In this document: one piece after another, positions 59,198 through 64,000 of the stretch | Layout of the letters: each line of letters begins with the position of its first letter | Position numbering within the stretch: position 1 is the stretch's first letter | Source of the DNA: Diplonema japonicum | Taxonomy: Eukaryota > Protista > Euglenozoa: Diplonemea | NCBI GenBank assembly: GCA_964019335.1 | Contig: OZ025720.1 | Coordinates: 372,001 to 436,000, forward strand | Direction of reading: 5' to 3' | DNA: 64,000 bases | Position numbers and translations under genes: made by a program | The notes under the pieces: model-generated | Told to the model about the DNA's origin: nothing | The model's database searches: none | What the model saw: only the letters and a program-made list of their open reading frames with translations

Positions 59198-60108
59198 CTA
59201 CCATTCAAGAATAGGAATGACAGAACCGCCGGTGAGGGCTTGGTTGGCGAACATTTGACGCCCGCCACCGTACTTCCAGGTCCCCGAGTTGGCTCCGTCC
59301 CACCAACTCCGCTGCTGCCTTCTTGAGACTTCCTATTATTATTTTTTTTTTTCTCCTTCTCCCTCTTTTGCCTTTATCACATACATGTTGCCTGAAAATA
59401 ATCTGGTTAACTTTATAACAGAAAAACAAGCAAGCAAGAGTAGTAAAAATCCTTGTCCACGTCCACCTCGGATTAAGATCGTTTTTGGAGGCCACGTACT
59501 TCACCCAAGCTTCAATCTTCGGTGACATGACCTTCCCGAAACCCGCTTTGTCCACTGTCCTGGGGACAGAGTCCGACATGGCGATCGTTTCTTTGTCCTG
59601 TTTTTTTTTTTTTTTTTTTTTTTGAAAATCCCATACCGAGTACACCAACCCCGCCAATGTGTAGTCGGGAAGGGCGAAGGTCATTCTTTCATTGAGATGA
59701 GGGAGCTCCTCACCCAAGTCCCCGTACATCGTGGACCTCCAGTCGATTAGTTCCGGTGGGATGGTACGGAAGCCTGCAACATGCGCAGGTTGCACATAAT
59801 CCTGGTACTGGTACTGGCCCACTGCTGTGTTCGATGCCCTCCGCTGCTCCTTAGTAGGGTTCAAAGGGTCCATGGGGGGCCATGAGATGCTGTGGGGGGT
59901 TTTTTTTTTCTTTTCTTTTTGTAGGTTTTGCGTACTTCGGGTGGAAACCTAGTTTCCATGCATCTCTCAACTTGGTCTCCATAGTCGGCTCTGCTAGCCT
60001 CTCGTCCTTATCCAGCATCCTAATCTCAGGGGTCCAGTTCCATTTTTGCGTGAACGCAGGATGAGTCCTCGCGGGTTCTATGAACAAGCGCTTTTGTGTC
60101 CGTTTCAT
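59198..60108 (-). CDS. Hypothetical single-pass membrane protein; introns 59890..59935, 59598..59636, 59333..59384
   Basis: Three GT-AG introns join two track ORFs into one frame MKRTQKRLF...HPNISWPPMDP...VYSDKET...HEVSRRQQRSWWD...ILEW*. A further upstream intron 60117..60176 is possible. Confidence 0.75.
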
Positions 60109-60126
60109 GTCTTTCCCTGGTTTGGT

Positions 60127-60176
<50 letters not shown>

Positions 60177-60461
60177 CGAAGTCGTCGAGAATGGGAGGTG
60201 GATGGAAAACAAAGAGATAAACAGTACAGAAAGAACAAAGATGACAACATTTTTTTCCCCCTCCCTCTCTCCTCAATTTGGGGGTAACAACTTTATAGAA
60301 ATGTGGGGAAAGGGAAGGAGAGTGAGAAGAAGAAGAAAAAAAGAAAAGAAAAAAGAAGACGGGGAATAACTCTAAGATACAAAATAAACAAAAAAAATGA
60401 AACGGAAGAAGAATAAATAAATAAAAAAAGAAGCACCCCTGCCCCCTCCCTTCTTGCATGG

Positions 60462-62270
60462 CTAGACGTCCTCCAGTTTCCTCCATTCCTCGAGGACGCT
60501 CATCATCTCACGTTCAAAGTTGCTGCGTGTTTTTTTTTTTTTTTTTTTTTTTTTTCCCCTCTTTCCTTTCTTCATACCTCACTGTCGGGTCAGCGTCGGG
60601 GTTGACAGTAGGGGGGGCTGGGTTGGCAACGGGATTTATCTCCACAGGCCAAGGGGCCCCAGGCGGTATCGTCTTAAGTTCCCTCCCCTCAGGTGCATGT
60701 GGTCGTGCATGCGGCGACTTTTTTTTTTTTTTTTTTGAAACTTTTTTTTTTATGGAATTACCTTAGGTGTGTAGCCTATTGCAGAATGCTCGACCACAGG
60801 CTCGTGGGACCGGGATCTGTACGCGGCCCCTGTTGAGAGGACCTGCCCGTGTGTCAAGATGTCCTCCGACTGCCTGCATATCTGTGGAGTGAATGTGCAC
60901 TGCTCGAGCTCTCTCCTTTCCTGCTCTCTTTTGATCTCGTTGACGCGCTCCTGTCTGTGCAGCACCAGCCTCTCGTTCCTCCTCATGAAGGCAGGCGTGC
61001 ACGTGCTGTACTGTGGTGTCTCCTTGCCGCGTTCTTGCGACTGGTTGCGCTTCGAGAAACGGGAAGGTGTTGCGGGTGTGTTGTAGAGCGGCTTGCGACC
61101 CTTGGCTCCAATCATCTCTTTTGATCTGTTGTTCAGCTTCGGCTGAAAGCTGTGCTTCGACGTGTGCGCCTCGACAGCTAACTTCTCCTTTTTCTTCTGC
61201 GCCTCCTGCCCCTTCGACAGCAAGGTGTTGACCACCGTGTCCATGTCCCGTGACGGCTGCTTCGACGAGGACCGCACAGGGCCCGCCGCCATGGCAGGCT
61301 TGAAGTACGCCTTCCCTGTGACGGGGTCGATGAGCTCCTTCATGGACGCCATGTTGACCATGTCGCGCAGGCGGTCCTCCTTGCGAGACGCCTCGTCGAA
61401 GAGCCTCTCCCCGACACCACCGTCACGCTGCAGGTTCGAGCTGGAGATGTTGATGTTGGGGCTGAAGACCTCGCGCTCGGGCATCGTGTTCTTCTTTGTC
61501 TGGTACCTTGCGAAGTGTTTGTTCCACCCGCTGATGGGGCCTTTGTACTTCGCTTTCAGTTGCCCCCTCTCCACCATCGCTGCCGACCTGGGGTTCATCT
61601 CCACACGCTGCAGCGTCTCCGCCACGTCGTCCATGCGCTTCTTCGCAGCGTGCTTTCTTCTTTCTTTGTCCAGCCGTTTCGACCACAGAACAGACTGTTC
61701 AGCGAAGCTGGGCCCTTTGGAGGGCAGCTGTCTGGCACGGGAGGTGATCATGGGCTTGGAGGTCACTTGTGAGAGTTCGGAGATGATCTTGCTCTCACGC
61801 TCCCTGCGGAGGCGCTCTTGTCTGTTACGTTCCATGCCGCACCCTATGTAGTAGAGGCGCTCCCCGACAGAAAGGTTCCTGATGTCGACGTCCGTAGACT
61901 CAGTCAAGAGGTCGGTGTCGTGAGCGGGAGCCTGGTCCGTCCCGAAGCGCACATGTGAGTAGAAGTCGTAGTCGTCCATCTCGGCAAGTAGAGCATCTGT
62001 TCCCATGCCCATGCCCATGTCCATGCCCGTCTGAGGGGGCATTCCCATGCCTAACCCAGGGGATCGGTCATCAAAGCTGCCCCCTGGATCCGTGTAGATA
62101 GGTGTGGGTGGTTGGTGCTTATCTCCCCCACCCATCACATGCTGTGCTTGGATCACTTCCTCAGCCAGGCCTTCACTCTCTTCGGCTTCTTCTTCCAGCG
62201 TGTACCCCTCCGCTCCCATGCCTGCACTGACGCTAGCCACGTCCCCCCCTGCTGAGGACATCCTTGACAT
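60462..62270 (-). CDS. Hypothetical coiled-coil protein with F-x-P-x-I/L repeats; introns 60718..60761 and 60523..60577
   Basis: Start MSRMSS after CAG; motifs FSPNIN, FQPKLN, CTFTPQI; spliced end ...SNFEREMMSVLEEWRKLEDV*. Confidence 0.75.
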
Positions 62271-62898
62271 CTTGACCTGCAGTACATGAGAAATCGTTGC
62301 AACGTGGCTGCTGCATACATCATAATAGAGGGGAGGAGGGGGAAAAGAAAGAAAAGAAAAAAAAAACTTCGACACACGTTCAAACCGAACGACGCATGCT
62401 ATGAGGAAGAGTATAAGGGATGAAGGGGCACAGGAATCAGAAAGAAAAAAGGGGAAGGGGAGCAATGAGGAGTTCACGGAAACCCAAAAACACAAAATAC
62501 GAAAAAGAAAAGAGGGACAAGAGGAGAAATAAAATAGTGCGGGCAACGAGGGCTGTGTTATGTAACAAAATGACAAAGGGGGAAAGGGGGGAAAAAAGAG
62601 AAAAAAGGAAGGGGGGGAAAAAAAAGGCAAAACGATAAAAAAAAAAAAAACGGTCTGTCTCTCCCCTCCCCTTTCTTTTTTTTGAATTCGCCACACTTTT
62701 CTTAAACCCTCACTAAAATGCTTCCCTCTGGCTCCCTCCCCTCCCGGTCTAGAAAAGAAAAGGAAAAAGAAGAAGAAAAAACAAATAAAGGGGGGGAAGG
62801 GGGGGATCACACTACGTAGTTCCTGAGACACTATATGGGATTGATTTAGAAAAGAAAAAAGGAAAAGTTACAAAAGAAAAAAAAAAGAAAATCGCGGT

Positions 62899-62936
<38 letters not shown>

Positions 62937-62990
62937 CACTGAGCCAAAACAAGAACGGAGAAGATGAGAAGGAGGAGGAAGGAGAGGGCA

Positions 62991-63547
62991 TCAGATACTT
63001 CCGGCTCTGTGATCCCAGTACCCGTCCCTGTCTTCGACACCCCGTCTCTCCGATACGTGGAGGGCAGTCTCTTTGCCACCTTGGATCCTTCTTTTCGCCT
63101 GACCCAGTTCATGTTGCCCCCAAGTGAGAATCTTATGAATTTGGTATTCAAAGTAGAACTCTCTGTTGAAACGAACAACAGTAAGAAGCAGGAAGTACGT
63201 CGCAGGGAAGTACCAGAAGTTCATCCACCATGGACGATACGCTCTGTTGACAGTCATGTAGGAGATAAACGCTGCCCCCAAACCGGGAGGACCTGATGCA
63301 TTGCTAACTTGTTCACTTGTTCCACATACCCCAATACGACCACGTCGGCGAGTACCTGGAGCCCCACACAATGTGCCTGTCGAGGATGGTTTGACGATAT
63401 CTGTTTAATGGAGTTTATTTTTGTTTGAAGCTGTTCTTATTTCTACCTTCTTGTTAGGTGGTAATCTTTCTTGTCATCCGCCGGTGCCACGAACCAGTGG
63501 TGCTGTGTGGTGGGTTTCGACCACGGTGTTATTAAAGTGTTAGGCAT
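62991..63547 (-). CDS. Small hypothetical membrane protein; introns 63401..63446 and 63293..63329
   Basis: Spliced frame MPNTLITPWSKP...RRYRQTILDRHIVWGSRYSPTWSYWGPPGLGAAF...DHRAGSI* is open with consistent phases. Confidence 0.75.
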
Positions 63548-63674
63548 CTTGTGTCACCCCTCCCCCTTGGTGTGGTGGTGGAGTACAGAACAAGGATCAA
63601 ATTGAATAGGCGGGAAAGGGGAGGGGTCACAAAAATATTTACACCACGACTGACAAAAGAAAAGAAAAAAAAAA

Positions 63675-64000
63675 TCACTCCAGCTTCCCGTGGCCCTTCC
63701 ATCCCAGCACCCGCTGGATATCGGTGCTCACCATGCCCACGTAACCTGCGCCACCTGCCTGACCCCATCGGAGGTTGCCCTCTGCAAGGCCAACCCTTAT
63801 CCGCGCTGTTTGGATACGTGCTGGGTCGCCCATTACCTGAGCGACCCTGTAGCACTCCTTGTAGTAATGCACTGCTTTGATGTGTTCCTCTAGCGTAGTG
63901 TAGAGTTGCCCCAGCTGCTTGCATGCGTTCCCTATCCCCACGAGGTCCTCTTGATCCTCTGCAATCTCCAGTGCCCTCTTCAGCGACAGCACCGCTTCGT
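63675..64000 (-). CDS. TPR protein C-terminus, TTC29-like (5' part outside window)
   Basis: TPR-like helices (ACKQLGQLY..KAVHYYKECY) and terminal ARIRVGLAEGN...VLGWK. Confidence 0.7.
   Translation of the reverse strand, partial: EAVLSLKRALEIAEDQEDLVGIGNACKQLGQLYTTLEEHIKAVHYYKECYRVAQVMGDPARIQTARIRVGLAEGNLRWGQAGGAGYVGMVSTDIQRVLGWKGHGKLE

Overview
Eukaryotic nuclear DNA, most consistent with a euglenozoan protist, probably a diplonemid (inferred, not proven). All 21 protein genes I can support lie on the minus strand, like a polycistronic cluster. Many start codons sit a few nt after an AG, which would fit spliced-leader trans-splice acceptors. Genes carry tiny (37-126 nt) GT-AG introns that are A-rich and lack a polypyrimidine tract. 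The first ~34 kb is gene-poor, dominated by homopolymer tracts and holds most of the mobile DNA; the last ~30 kb is gene-dense. Recognisable products: DEAD-box helicase, IGHMBP2-like SF1 helicase, DSP pseudophosphatase, secreted alpha/beta hydrolase, a 2717-aa LamG/F5-8/WSC/EGF protein, Mpv17/PMP22, 2OG-Fe(II) oxygenase, RRM-CCCH protein, LRMDA-like LRR protein, STE kinase, NT-C2/DIL protein, FYVE protein and a TTC29-like TPR protein. Mobile DNA: a decayed intron-containing pogo-type element (TA TSD), a TTAA piggyBac-like MITE and a dispersed ~300-bp repeat. Two main discoveries: (1) a non-coding element family (about 6 copies, 2 subfamilies) with asymmetric inverted repeats, iterated 11-mer motifs and a long covarying terminal hairpin; (2) frame-preserving, stop-free introns filled with poly(A) that would encode poly-Lys if retained.
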